From Nitrospirota bacterium (GTDB lineage Bacteria; Nitrospirota; Thermodesulfovibrionia; Thermodesulfovibrionales; SM23-35): DNA of 64,000 nt. The DNA is taken from contig JACAFF010000022.1 in the NCBI GenBank assembly GCA_013388455.1, positions 41,866 to 105,865 of the forward strand, given 5' to 3'. How positions within the stretch are numbered: position 1 is the first letter of the stretch; every line of letters begins with the position of its first letter. Shown in pieces: positions 47,143 to 56,367 of this stretch. Below the pieces are notes generated by a model. The model was not told the DNA's origin, made no database searches, and saw nothing but the letters and a program-made list of their open reading frames with translations. A program made the translations under genes and the position numbers.

Positions 47143-48120
47143 ATGCGAAAACCATCATACATTCAGCTTTATCTGACTTTAAGATGCAATCAGAATTGCA
47201 GCTTTTGCTTCAATCAGATAATTCCTAACAGAAAAGATTTTAAAGATATGGATATTCAAAAAGCATTTTATCTCAGTGGATTATTCTCAGCAAACGGTAT
47301 CTCAGAAATTGATTTATTAGGTGGAGAGCCTTTACTTATTCCATGGCTGATAAGGTTTATTGAGCCTATAATAGGAAATGGCATCAGGGTTAACATCAGC
47401 ACAAATGGAAGCTCTACCGAGTTTATAGAACAATTTAGAAATTTTGAGACGGATTTATTGAATATAGGCTTTTCTGTTCACGGTCTTTCAAAAACTCACA
47501 ATGCATTAACAGGTTCAGACAATTTTACAAGAACTATATACGGGATCAAACTCTTGATAGAAGCAGGGAAAATTCCTCATGTAAAAAGCATACTGACACC
47601 TGAAAATATAAATGAAATTTTTTCTCTTGTTGATTATCTTATAGAAATCGGCGTTCGGAGATATTACATTATGTTTGAAGATACTATTGGGATGGATAAT
47701 AATTCACACTGCATTCCTTTCCCTCATTTCTGGGATTTTTATCATAATCTTAAAAAATTCACAAGAGGGCGTTTAGAGATAGGGGCTGTTGTTGCATCAG
47801 GCTTTTTATCAGAATTAAGCAATTCTAATATGAGATGCAAAGCAGGAAATGACAAGCTTGCAATACTTCCGGATGGTTCAGTTTTTCCCTGTAATCTCTT
47901 TGCTGGATTTCAGGAATTCTGTCTCGGCAATATATTTATTGATAAATACGATAAAATTTTAGAAAACCCTATCATTAACTATTTCAGAAATCATGAAAAA
48001 AACGGTTGCATAAATACAAATTGTAAATACTTCATTTCATGCAGAGGTGGTTGTCCTGCTCATATTTATTATTATTCTCGTTCTTTTGAAGGAGGGGACA
48101 TTCGCTGTAAAAAGAAGTAA
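47143..48120 (+). CDS. radical SAM/SPASM-domain protein (no N-terminal recognition domain)
   Basis: LRCNQNCSFCF at residues ~14-24, GGEPLL, C-terminal CKAGN...C..., NCKYFISCRGGCPA SPASM-type cysteines. Confidence 0.8.
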   Translation: MRKPSYIQLYLTLRCNQNCSFCFNQIIPNRKDFKDMDIQKAFYLSGLFSANGISEIDLLGGEPLLIPWLIRFIEPIIGNGIRVNISTNGSSTEFIEQFRNFETDLLNIGFSVHGLSKTHNALTGSDNFTRTIYGIKLLIEAGKIPHVKSILTPENINEIFSLVDYLIEIGVRRYYIMFEDTIGMDNNSHCIPFPHFWDFYHNLKKFTRGRLEIGAVVASGFLSELSNSNMRCKAGNDKLAILPDGSVFPCNLFAGFQEFCLGNIFIDKYDKILENPIINYFRNHEKNGCINTNCKYFISCRGGCPAHIYYYSRSFEGGDIRCKKK

Positions 48121-48158
48121 TAATTAGGTAAAATTAATAAAAAAAAGGGGTGTTTGGA

Positions 48159-49373
48159 ATGAAAGCAATAGAGATCAAATCAGATATTTATTGGGTTGGA
48201 GCCATTGATTGGGCAATTCGAGACTTTCACGGATATCTTACACCGAATGGATCAACTTACAACAATTATCTTATACTCGATGAACAAATTACACTGCTTG
48301 ACACTGTAAAGTATCCTTTTGCAGATGTTACAATAGACAATATTACAAGCCTCGTAGAACCGTCAAAGATAAAAAACATCATAATAAATCATATCGAAAA
48401 TGACCATATTACAAGTCTTGATAAAATAATGTCTTTGGCACCAGAGGCTTCAATTTATATAACAGAGAGAGGCAAAAAAGGGTTAATCAGATTTTTCGAT
48501 ACATCAAAATGGGATGTCAGGATTGTAAAAACAGGGGATACACTTAACATCGGTAAAAGAAATCTGCTTTTTATTGAGACGCCCATGCTTCATTGGCCTG
48601 ATTCAATGATGACTTATATTAAGGAAGATAAGATTCTAATCAGTCAGGATGCATTCGGACAGCATCTGGCTTCTTCAGCAAGATTTGATGATGAGTTTAT
48701 TGATTGTTTTTCAGTATCTGAACTTGAGGATGCTGTAAAAGACTATTATGCAAATATATTGATGCCTTTTGGCATGCTTATTAAAAATAAAATTGAAGAG
48801 ATTCAGAAACTCGGACTTCAGATCGATATTATTGCTCCGGATCACGGGATTATATGGAGAAAGGATCCATTGAAGATTGTAAATATGTATCTCGATATGG
48901 CAGATGGAAAATCAGACCTCAGAGTTTTGATAGTATACGATACAATGTGGCAGAGTACCGAGTATATGACCCTCCCCATCACTCAAGGCATAAAAGATGA
49001 GGGCGTCGATGTAAAGGTAATAAAACTAAGAGCAACCCCCTTAAGCATTGCTATTAAGGAATTTTGGAAGGCAAGAGGATGTCTTATTGGTTCTCCAACT
49101 TTAAACAACACCTTTTTCCCAACAATCGGAGAGTTTTTGACTTATCTCAAAGGACTCAGGCCAAAAAATCGTATCGCTGGAGCCTTTGGAAGTTATGGTT
49201 GGGCAGGTGGAGCTGTAAGAGATATTTATGAAGACTTGAAAAAAATGGGGCTTGAGGTTGTTGAGCCTGGCATTCAAGTTATTTATAAACCATCACCTGA
49301 TGATAACGATCGTTGTTATGAATTCGGGAAGGATTTTGCAAAAAAAGTAAAGGCTTATCACACAAAGTTTTAA
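48159..49373 (+). CDS. flavodiiron protein (FprA/ROO-type O2/NO reductase)
   Basis: Metallo-beta-lactamase-like domain with H.E.DH (NHIENDH), then a flavodoxin domain (VLIVYDTMWQSTE, GSPTLNN). Confidence 0.9.
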   Translation: MKAIEIKSDIYWVGAIDWAIRDFHGYLTPNGSTYNNYLILDEQITLLDTVKYPFADVTIDNITSLVEPSKIKNIIINHIENDHITSLDKIMSLAPEASIYITERGKKGLIRFFDTSKWDVRIVKTGDTLNIGKRNLLFIETPMLHWPDSMMTYIKEDKILISQDAFGQHLASSARFDDEFIDCFSVSELEDAVKDYYANILMPFGMLIKNKIEEIQKLGLQIDIIAPDHGIIWRKDPLKIVNMYLDMADGKSDLRVLIVYDTMWQSTEYMTLPITQGIKDEGVDVKVIKLRATPLSIAIKEFWKARGCLIGSPTLNNTFFPTIGEFLTYLKGLRPKNRIAGAFGSYGWAGGAVRDIYEDLKKMGLEVVEPGIQVIYKPSPDDNDRCYEFGKDFAKKVKAYHTKF

Positions 49374-49376
49374 ATT

Positions 49377-50045
49377 ATGAATATTGAAATTATTCTCCTT
49401 ATCCTTGAATCCGTTCTACTTATAGCTACCATAATATTACTCCTTTATAGCCTTAAAGAAGGAAGAGGCAGGAAAAAACTTTTATTGGAGGTAGGAAAGG
49501 TAACGAAAATCCTTACAAGGCAGGAATATTTTCTTTCTGTTGTCGATTCAATGACAGATGCAAAAGAAGAATTAATTGGTATTATCACAGGAAGGTCACC
49601 AGCAGATGAGGATAAAAAAAGAGTAAAAGATATTTTGCATAATATAGAAAGCCTGTCTACAAAAGGTGTAAAAATAAAATATCTTATGCCAAAGTTTTAT
49701 GACCGATTACACATAGGATATTTATACTCAAAGGCAGGCGCAGAAGTACGATATAGTATCTGTGCTATAGCAAATAATATACGTTTCATTATTGTTGATG
49801 ATAAAATAGTAGTCATTGGTATACCGGAAAGTACAGGTGAAAAAGAAGCTACCAGAAAAGGATTCAGAATACCTTCAGAAGGACTCGCTGGCATACTTAA
49901 AGATCATTTTTACAGATGCTGGGAGGCAAGCATGCCATATGAGACATTTTTAAAAGAAATAATTCACCAGACTGGTCTTACTCCGAAGCTTATCGGAAAA
50001 GAGCTCAAAATAGATGAGCTTGAGAATTTATTAAAAAATAATTAA
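49377..50045 (+). CDS. membrane-anchored hypothetical protein (PLD-like/TrmB-C-like fold suspected)
   Basis: N-terminal TM helix IILLILESVLLIATIILLL; IRFIIVDDKIVVIG motif; start is 3 nt after the FDP stop. Confidence 0.5.
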   Translation: MNIEIILLILESVLLIATIILLLYSLKEGRGRKKLLLEVGKVTKILTRQEYFLSVVDSMTDAKEELIGIITGRSPADEDKKRVKDILHNIESLSTKGVKIKYLMPKFYDRLHIGYLYSKAGAEVRYSICAIANNIRFIIVDDKIVVIGIPESTGEKEATRKGFRIPSEGLAGILKDHFYRCWEASMPYETFLKEIIHQTGLTPKLIGKELKIDELENLLKNN

Positions 50046-50057
50046 AGGAGGTATTAA

Positions 50058-50552
50058 ATGTCAAAGACAGAAAAAAATCTTCAATATGCATTTGCCGGTG
50101 AATCACAGGCAAATAGAAAATATCTTGCCTTTGCAAAAAAGGCTGAAGAAGATGGCTATAAACAGATTGCAAAACTCTTCAGGGCAGCAGCCGAAGCAGA
50201 AACAGTCCATGCCTTCAATCACTTAAGGGAACTTGGCGAGATAAGGAGCACTAAAGAAAATCTTGAGTCTGCAATGAATGGTGAAATCTTTGAATTTGAG
50301 AATATGTATCCTGCTATGATAGAAGATGCAAAGGCTGACGAAGACAAAGGTGCCGAAAGGTCTTTTAAATTTGCCAATGAGGTCGAAAAGATTCATGCAG
50401 AGCTTTACAAAAAAGCACTTGAGAATATCGGTAAGAATCCTGAAGTTGATTATTTTGTCTGTCAGGTCTGTGGAAATACAGTAGAAGGAGAACCACCTGA
50501 TAAGTGCCCTATCTGTGGAGCACCGAAAAAAATGTTTAAAAAAATTGAGTAG
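50058..50552 (+). CDS. rbr: rubrerythrin
   Basis: Diiron four-helix bundle (E..A..Y....A; EAETVHA; E...MYP; EKIHAELY) plus C-terminal rubredoxin-like CQVCG...CPICG. Confidence 0.93.
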   Translation: MSKTEKNLQYAFAGESQANRKYLAFAKKAEEDGYKQIAKLFRAAAEAETVHAFNHLRELGEIRSTKENLESAMNGEIFEFENMYPAMIEDAKADEDKGAERSFKFANEVEKIHAELYKKALENIGKNPEVDYFVCQVCGNTVEGEPPDKCPICGAPKKMFKKIE

Positions 50553-50582
50553 GAATTTGGCTATTTTTGAAGGGGAATAAGT

Positions 50583-52100
50583 ATGGACACAAAAAAATTG
50601 TATCTCTTATTTTTCACAACTTTTCTTCTTTTATACTTGAGTTTAAATAATATTTATGCTGAAAGCATCGAACTTCCTGATAACCCTAAAATAAGTCCTA
50701 AAACAAAGGCATGCATTGGTTGTCATACTTTATATACACCCGGTATTGTAAAAGACTGGGAAACGAGCAGACATTCGAAAACAACCCCAGAAGAAGCCTT
50801 TAAGAAATCTAAATTTGAAAAAAGGATATCTGCTGAAAAATTAACAGAAAACCTTTACAGCTATGCCGTAGGATGCTATGAATGCCACAGCTTGAACGTA
50901 AAAAGCCACAAAGACAATTTTGACCATTTTGGATATAAGGTCAATGTTATAGTGTCTCCATCTGATTGTAGCACATGCCATCCTGTTGAAGTCAGCCAAT
51001 ATTCAGGAAGTAAAAAAGCTCATGCATATGGCATCTTGATGAATAATCCAGTCTATGCAACTATGGTCGATACAATAACAGGATTCAAAAGTTTAGAAAA
51101 CAATTCATTTGTTTCAGCAAAACCTTCGGAATCCACACTTCACGAGACATGTCTTGGTTGTCATGGAACAAAAGTAGAAGTAAAAGGCTTAAAGAATATC
51201 TCGACTAAGCTCGGAGATATATCATTCCCAGATTTAACCAACTGGCCAAATCAGGGGGTTGGAAGGATAAATCCTGACGGAAGCCTTGGTTCCTGTACCG
51301 CATGTCATCCCAGACATAGCTATTTGATCGAAATTGCAAGAAAGCCTTATACCTGTGGTCAGTGTCATCTCGATCCTGATGTGCCTGCATGGAATGTATA
51401 TCGTGAAAGTAAGCACGGAAATATCTATTCCTCGAAATTTAGTGAATGGAATTTCGATTCAGTGCCTTGGGTTATCGGAGAAGACTTCAAAGCTCCAACG
51501 TGTGCAACATGTCACAATGGTCTTATTATTTCTCCTTCAGGAAATGTAATTGCTGAAAGAACACATGACTTCGGATCACGTCTATGGGTCAGAATATTTG
51601 GGCTCATTTATACACATGCACAACCCAAATCAGGCGATACCACTATAATTAAAAATAAAGATGGTCTTCCTCTACCAGTAACCTTTGGTGGCGAACAATC
51701 CTCAGACTTTCTGATTGATAAAAATGAGCAGAAAAAAAGATTTAAGATTATGAGTAATATCTGCAATAGCTGTCACAGTTCTGATTGGATTAACGGCCAT
51801 TTTGCAAAACTTGACAAAACTATTAAAGAAACAGATGATATGATAAAAACTGCTACAAATTTAATAATAACCGTATGGGGAAAGAAAATCGAGGACAACA
51901 AAAATCCCTTTGATGAAACCATAGAAAAGATGTGGATGAGACAGTGGCTATTTTATGCAAATTCCATACGCTATGCTTCCGCTATGACTGGTGCTCCTGA
52001 TTATACAAGTTTCAAAAATGGCTGGTGGTATTTTGATGAAAACATACAGAGAATGAGGGATTGGATAAAATTCAAAGAAAATAGTGAGGACCACGATTGA
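50583..52100 (+). CDS. secreted octahaem c-type cytochrome, hydroxylamine-oxidoreductase (HAO)-like family
   Basis: Signal peptide; eight CxxCH motifs (CIGCH, CYECH, CSTCH, CLGCH, CTACH, CGQCH, CATCH, CNSCH) in 505 aa. Confidence 0.7.
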   Translation: MDTKKLYLLFFTTFLLLYLSLNNIYAESIELPDNPKISPKTKACIGCHTLYTPGIVKDWETSRHSKTTPEEAFKKSKFEKRISAEKLTENLYSYAVGCYECHSLNVKSHKDNFDHFGYKVNVIVSPSDCSTCHPVEVSQYSGSKKAHAYGILMNNPVYATMVDTITGFKSLENNSFVSAKPSESTLHETCLGCHGTKVEVKGLKNISTKLGDISFPDLTNWPNQGVGRINPDGSLGSCTACHPRHSYLIEIARKPYTCGQCHLDPDVPAWNVYRESKHGNIYSSKFSEWNFDSVPWVIGEDFKAPTCATCHNGLIISPSGNVIAERTHDFGSRLWVRIFGLIYTHAQPKSGDTTIIKNKDGLPLPVTFGGEQSSDFLIDKNEQKKRFKIMSNICNSCHSSDWINGHFAKLDKTIKETDDMIKTATNLIITVWGKKIEDNKNPFDETIEKMWMRQWLFYANSIRYASAMTGAPDYTSFKNGWWYFDENIQRMRDWIKFKENSEDHD

Positions 52101-52101
52101 G

Positions 52102-52683
52102 ATGAAGATCATCGCATTTCTCGGTAGCCCAAGGGAAGAAGGAAATACAGAGCTGCTGTTACGAGAAACAATTAAAGGAATCGAGGAATCGGGATTCCAT
52201 GCACACACCTTTCGACTTAATAGCATGAATATAATGCCATGTCAAAACTGTGGGGGATGTGAAGAGACAGGAATATGTGTTTATGATGATGATATGACTC
52301 AAATATATAAAGCAATCAGAGAGGCTGACCGTATAATACTCGCTTCACCAATTTTTTTTATAAATGTCAGTGCACAGACAAAAATTATGATAGATAGATG
52401 TCAGGCCTTCTGGTGCGAAAAATATCTCCTTAAGAGACATATTCCAGAGGGTGTGAACGGGAGAAGGGGACTCCTTCTGCTTGTCGGTGGCATGAAAGGC
52501 AAAATAGGCACATCCGGGCTGGAATGTGCAGAAAAGACCGTAAGAGCCTTTTTCAGAACCATCAGTGTCCCTGAACACAAGACATTAGGTTATATAGAAG
52601 TCGATGCAAAAGGTGCAATTTTAAAACATCCCTCTGCTTTAAAAGAAGCATATGAGGCAGGAAAGGAGCTTGTGAAGATTTAA
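52102..52683 (+). CDS. iron-sulfur flavoprotein / NADPH-dependent FMN reductase family (Isf-like)
   Basis: GSPR..GNT flavodoxin-like loop and compact CQNCGGCEETGIC cysteine motif; ATG 52102 follows the cytochrome stop. Confidence 0.75.
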   Translation: MKIIAFLGSPREEGNTELLLRETIKGIEESGFHAHTFRLNSMNIMPCQNCGGCEETGICVYDDDMTQIYKAIREADRIILASPIFFINVSAQTKIMIDRCQAFWCEKYLLKRHIPEGVNGRRGLLLLVGGMKGKIGTSGLECAEKTVRAFFRTISVPEHKTLGYIEVDAKGAILKHPSALKEAYEAGKELVKI

Positions 52684-53576
52684 ACCTGTTTAACCCTTTT
52701 CCATCTGCGGTGGATCCATAGCCATTCAGATGGATGCTTTTTTATATATTCTTCAATATATTCAGAAAATCTTTTTGTATCTTCTTTTAAAGCTTGCTCG
52801 CGGTCATTGTTAGTGGATAAAACTACTTCCTTATGAATTACTATCTTATGATTTTTATCTGTTCTATGTATAAATGCAGGCAAAACAGCAGATCCCGTTT
52901 TCCTTGCAATAAGAGCTGGCATTTTTGTAGTCCAGGCACCCCTTCCGAGAAAATCTATAACATAGCCTTCATCTGATAGCACAGCCTGATCCATTAATAT
53001 TCCCACGCAATCATTATTATTTAAAATCTTTAAAATCTTTTTGAGGGCACCCTTTTTATAAATTACAGTATTTCCGTAATACTCCCTAATCTTTTCCACA
53101 AACTTATTTAGATAAATGTTATTTAATGACCGTGCAACAACAGCAATTCCCTGAAACTTTGCAGACATAACAATTGCCATAAGCTCCCAGTTACCGCAGT
53201 GCCCTGTGACAAATAATACACCTCTGCCTTTTGATTGTGCTGATAAAAAATTTTCGATGCCTTCAATCTCAACAGAATTTACAATTTTTTTACCAAGACC
53301 ATAATAAATTTTTATTACTTCTGAAAATGATCTACCGAGATTTCTAAAATGCTCCTGAATAATTTTTTCTGCCGGTTTTGAAATTGCTATTGCATTCAAT
53401 GATAATGTGGTTTTCAAGTTGTTTATAGCAATCTTTCTTCTACTACCCCAAAGATAATAAAGTAAGAGGCCAAGTATTTCTCCAATTTTTAGAGATAATC
53501 CATGTGGTAGGATTGCAAGTGGGGAAGAAAAACCTATTATAAAAAAAGCCTCAATTAACTGAAGTAATTTTCTCAT
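52680..53576 (-). CDS. lipid A biosynthesis (Kdo)2-lipid IVA acyltransferase family (LpxL/HtrB-like)
   Basis: 298 aa; TGHCGNWE (H-x4-E-type acyltransferase motif), N-terminal membrane anchor. Confidence 0.8.
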   Translation of the reverse strand: MRKLLQLIEAFFIIGFSSPLAILPHGLSLKIGEILGLLLYYLWGSRRKIAINNLKTTLSLNAIAISKPAEKIIQEHFRNLGRSFSEVIKIYYGLGKKIVNSVEIEGIENFLSAQSKGRGVLFVTGHCGNWELMAIVMSAKFQGIAVVARSLNNIYLNKFVEKIREYYGNTVIYKKGALKKILKILNNNDCVGILMDQAVLSDEGYVIDFLGRGAWTTKMPALIARKTGSAVLPAFIHRTDKNHKIVIHKEVVLSTNNDREQALKEDTKRFSEYIEEYIKKHPSEWLWIHRRWKRVKQV

Positions 53577-53622
53577 TATAAATGTCTTTCAATATATCAC
53601 ATATTAAAACCCCCGGGATCAG

Positions 53623-56049
53623 TTAAATTTTATCCCTATTCTCCTTTGTTGATTCATCTTCTTTTTCCTTTTTCTTTTCCATCGACTCTGATATTTCTGT
53701 AAGACGTTTTACAATAAGATAGTTAACCGTTCCTTCCGGATATGTGCCGTCTTCTCTAAGTTCTCCGCACTTCAAGCCAGTCATTATCTCAAGTCCTTCA
53801 TCAACTTTCTCTATGGGATAAATGGAAAATTTACCACTTCTGACTGCTTCAACCACATCGTTTTTCAGCATCAGATTTTTTACATTTCTTTTCGGTATAA
53901 TCACACCGTGACTGTCGTCAAGTCCTTTTAATCTGCAGAGAGCAAAAAACCCCTCTATCTTTTCATTTATGCCACCAACAGGTTGAACCTCTCCGTTTTG
54001 ATCCATAGAACCGGTAACAGCAATATTCTGCTTCAGCGGGACTCCAGCTATACTGCTCAACAGAGCATAAAGTTCAGCACAGGATGCGCTATCACCCTCA
54101 ACCATCTCATATAATTGTTCAAAGGTAATTGATGCTGAGAGACTGATTGGTTTTTTTATTGCATATCTACTACCGAGATAGTTTGAGATGATAAGGATTG
54201 CTTTTTCATGGATCTTGCCACTCATCTTAGTCTCCCTCTCAATGTTCACTACACCTGCCTTTCCTGCATAGCACCTCGCTGTTATCCGGGATGGTTTACC
54301 AAAACTGTAATCACCAAAATCAAGCACTGCAAGCCCATTAATCTGCCCTATCTTTTCTCCCTCTGTTTCAACAATAATGGTCCCGTCCAGAATCATTTCC
54401 CTCAAACGATCCTCAATCTTACTATTCCTGAATATCCTTTCATTAATCGCCTGCTGAACATGTTTTTCGGTCACAACTGTGCTACCCGATTTCGATGCCC
54501 AATAACTTGCCTCTCGCAGGATATCAGTTATATCACTAAAACGGGTAGATAATTTGTTCTGATTCTCGGCAAGCCTGGAGCCTGTTTCAACTATTTTTGC
54601 AACCCCTGTTGAATCAAATGGAAGAAGCTTTTCTTCTCTACAGATCGTAGCAATAAAAGAAGCATATTTCTGAATATTCTCATCAGTCCTGTTCATTCTG
54701 CTATCAAAATCTGCCTTTACTTTGAAAAGTTCCCTGTATTCTTCATCAAGGTTGTAAAGGAGATAATATAGATAAGGATTTCCGACAAGTATAACCTTTA
54801 TATCAAGTGGAATAGATTCAGGCTTTAGTGTTGTTGTAGATATTAACCTATATTGTTCCCACACATCTTCTATTTTCAGTTCTTTGTTTCTGATAGCACG
54901 TTTTAATGCATCATATGCAAATATATTCCTTAAAAGGTCAAGAGCATCTATAACGATGTAGCCACCGTTTGCTTTATGGAGTGAACCTGCTTTGATCATT
55001 GAAAAATCTGTTAACGCAATACCGTACTGTATCTTATGTTCTATTCTTCCAAAAAGATTGTAATATGTTGGATTGCTCTCAAATATGCAAGGTGCCCCTT
55101 TGCAATCCTTATTGTTTACAAGAACATTTACGGTATATCGTGTAAAAGTTGGCTCTGCCTTAGGTAGTTTCATGAATGGTAACTGCGGAGTCTGTTCTTC
55201 TTGAAATTTAAAGTCATCAAGGTGTTCCAGAATATCTTCTTTAACATCCTCAAGATATGAAGTAATCCTTTCATATTCTTTAAACTCATTTTTGATTTCA
55301 TCTATCAGATGCCCAACAGCAGAAAGAGCTGCCTCTTTTTCAAGTTTTGCAACAGCTTCTTTCACCAACTTTTCGGTTTCTCTTATGACACGCACAACAT
55401 CATTGAGCTTTTCCTGCAATGTCTTTCCTGTTTCGTCCAACCTTTTTCTTGTTTTTTCATCAAGTAATTCATATTCCTCTTCAGTAAGAGGTTCTCCTGT
55501 CTTCCTGACAGGAACAATTATCAATCCACTTACTGTCTTTCTGAGGGAAAATCCCTTTTCTTGAGCTTCCTGCTCAAGGCTGCTGAATACCTCACGTTGT
55601 TTTTGTTGCGATGCCTCTATAATCTTATTTTTCTGTTTCTCATATTCTGTTGATTCAAAAACCTTTGGTATTTCTGTTCTTAAAATCTTTATCATTTCAT
55701 CCATACTTTTTTGAAATATAATGGCATCACCTGGCTTCATAGAGATAGCTACAGGTGAATCAGGGTCTTTAAAATTGTATAAATAACACCAGTCATGAGG
55801 CACAGGCTCACTCAGGGCTTTTTGTGCAAGAAATGACTTTACAGTAGTCATTTTGCCTGTGCCATGTTCACCCAGAATGAAAATATTAAATCCACTACTA
55901 TCCAGACTAAGCCCAAAATCAATAGCATGAAGCGCCCTTTCCTGCCCTATTGTATATTTCATGTCAGGAAGTTCATCTGTTGTTTTAAATTTAAAGATTT
56001 CAGGATCACAGAATTTATAAAGCTGATCGAATTTTAATTTTTCAACCAT
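53623..56049 (-). CDS. Lon-like AAA+ protease (LonB/LonC-type, no N-terminal Lon domain)
   Basis: Walker A GEHGTGKMT, long coiled-coil insertion, C-terminal Lon protease domain with TGSMDQNG (Ser) and INEKIEGF (Lys). Confidence 0.8.
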   Translation of the reverse strand: MVEKLKFDQLYKFCDPEIFKFKTTDELPDMKYTIGQERALHAIDFGLSLDSSGFNIFILGEHGTGKMTTVKSFLAQKALSEPVPHDWCYLYNFKDPDSPVAISMKPGDAIIFQKSMDEMIKILRTEIPKVFESTEYEKQKNKIIEASQQKQREVFSSLEQEAQEKGFSLRKTVSGLIIVPVRKTGEPLTEEEYELLDEKTRKRLDETGKTLQEKLNDVVRVIRETEKLVKEAVAKLEKEAALSAVGHLIDEIKNEFKEYERITSYLEDVKEDILEHLDDFKFQEEQTPQLPFMKLPKAEPTFTRYTVNVLVNNKDCKGAPCIFESNPTYYNLFGRIEHKIQYGIALTDFSMIKAGSLHKANGGYIVIDALDLLRNIFAYDALKRAIRNKELKIEDVWEQYRLISTTTLKPESIPLDIKVILVGNPYLYYLLYNLDEEYRELFKVKADFDSRMNRTDENIQKYASFIATICREEKLLPFDSTGVAKIVETGSRLAENQNKLSTRFSDITDILREASYWASKSGSTVVTEKHVQQAINERIFRNSKIEDRLREMILDGTIIVETEGEKIGQINGLAVLDFGDYSFGKPSRITARCYAGKAGVVNIERETKMSGKIHEKAILIISNYLGSRYAIKKPISLSASITFEQLYEMVEGDSASCAELYALLSSIAGVPLKQNIAVTGSMDQNGEVQPVGGINEKIEGFFALCRLKGLDDSHGVIIPKRNVKNLMLKNDVVEAVRSGKFSIYPIEKVDEGLEIMTGLKCGELREDGTYPEGTVNYLIVKRLTEISESMEKKKEKEDESTKENRDKI

Positions 56050-56367
56050 TAATTTCCTCCATGCATAATTTATTCAACCTTATTATTTCTTATAATTTAA
56101 ACAGTTTACATGGTTTTTCTAATCGTTTCAACTAATCATATAATCATCCACTTAATCTGAACTGGTCAAGGATGGGGGGAATGCTTGAAAAGTGCATGCG
56201 ATCCTTTCAAAAATGGTATTAACATTGAGTTTTCTTATATCTTCGGCAAGAAGGCGATAATGTATCTAAGAGACTTAAATCTGCGGGCATGTTATAAGCA
56301 GGTAAAGATGGATACATAAGGTTGGTTGAGGTTCTGAATGGGTTGATTGATGAAGTAACATAAACTA

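Noticed and set aside
47076-47177. 33-codon ORF (MVCNNVNFNTKF...) overlapping the start of the second rSAM gene, considered as a possible precursor peptide
   Set aside because: No Shine-Dalgarno, overlaps the enzyme start, and shows no Cys or Gly pattern suggestive of a RiPP core.
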